Below are positions 63,401 through 64,000 of a DNA stretch of 64,000 nucleotides, piece by piece (position 1 is the first letter of the stretch; every line of letters begins with the position of its first letter). Origin of the DNA: Lingula anatina (Eukaryota; Animalia; Brachiopoda); the NCBI GenBank assembly GCA_051362555.1, contig JBPQGU010000016.1:4712001-4776000 (forward strand), read 5' to 3'. The position numbers were made by a program, and so were the translations under genes. The notes below the pieces were generated by a model, which saw only the letters and a list, made by a program, of their open reading frames with translations, was not told where the DNA came from and did no database searches.

Positions 63401-64000
63401 ACCTGGCCAAAATTGAAGAAATCTCACAGTGCCGGCACTGTTCAAAATCACTCAAAATCACCAAAAATCGACCCGTCTCCGATTTTTCCAAAAAGTGACG
63501 AAAATCAATCTACCACACCTGTCATTCATAAAAAATGTGGAAACGCGCCCGGGTCACTTCATCAAGGCCCCCAATTCTAGCTTTAAAGATGATCCAAAAA
63601 TAAGCTCTGAGAACAGAATCTGAGAGGGGGGGGGGGAGACAGAGTTTTTGCTCTATTTCTTCCTTAATGTTGACACCACCACTCTTCCAGCACTTTATTC
63701 TTACTACAAATGACCGAACACACCTACCTGACACTATAATGAAGAAAAAAAATTTTCATCCCTACCTGGCCAAAATTGAAGAAATCTCACAGTGCCGGCA
63801 CTGTTCAAAATCACTCAAAATCACCAAAAATCGACCCGTCTCCGATTTTTCCAAAAAGTGACGAAAATCAATCTACCACACCTGTCATTCATAAAAAATG
63901 TGGAAACGCGCCCGGGTCACTTCATCAAGGCCCCCAATTCTAGCTTTAAAGATGATCCAAAAATAAGCTCTGAGAACAGAATCTGAGAGGGGGGGGGGGG
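45461..64000. repeat. Satellite DNA array, same ~363-bp monomer and orientation, ~51 copies; first monomer degenerate
   Basis: Same monomer as the left array. Homology begins at CAGGAATCTG...AGTTTTTGCTCTATTTC (~45461), is diverged to ~45800, then near-consensus to the end of the window. Confidence 0.99.

Noticed and set aside
52-63986. Hundreds of 60-106 aa ORFs (MLTPPLF..., MPALFK..., MSGRCV...) as a tandem gene family
   Set aside because: They overlap in several frames and on both strands, often need GTG/TTG starts in a eukaryote, and are freely frameshifted by homopolymer changes. Variants show no synonymous bias. They are by-products of the repeat.

Overview
Eukaryotic (animal, probably marine invertebrate or mollusc-like) heterochromatic DNA. 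About 70% of the window is one satellite with a ~363-bp monomer (352 bp plus a variable poly-G run). It forms two head-to-tail arrays in the same orientation: 1-26446 (~73 monomers) and ~45461-64000 (~51 monomers). Between them lies a ~19-kb AT-rich island of transposon debris: a LINE 3' end, a Kolobok-type transposase pseudogene, two decayed DIRS/Ngaro (tyrosine-recombinase) retroelements in convergent orientation, a Helentron-associated HINE, an intact-ended 2.9-kb TIR element with a 9-bp TSD, several MITEs with 5-bp TSDs and a 34-bp minisatellite. I see no intact host protein gene, RNA gene or CRISPR array; the hundreds of 64-aa ORFs are artefacts of the repeat. The most informative signals concern satellite origin and evolution. 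These are: a degenerate ~188-bp ancestral unit just upstream of the right array, a decayed edge monomer, a shared six-monomer variant haplotype on both sides of the island, higher-order duplications, CpG-decay mutations, and indels sitting in a 16-bp palindrome. All family assignments come from recognising motifs by eye and were not database-searched.
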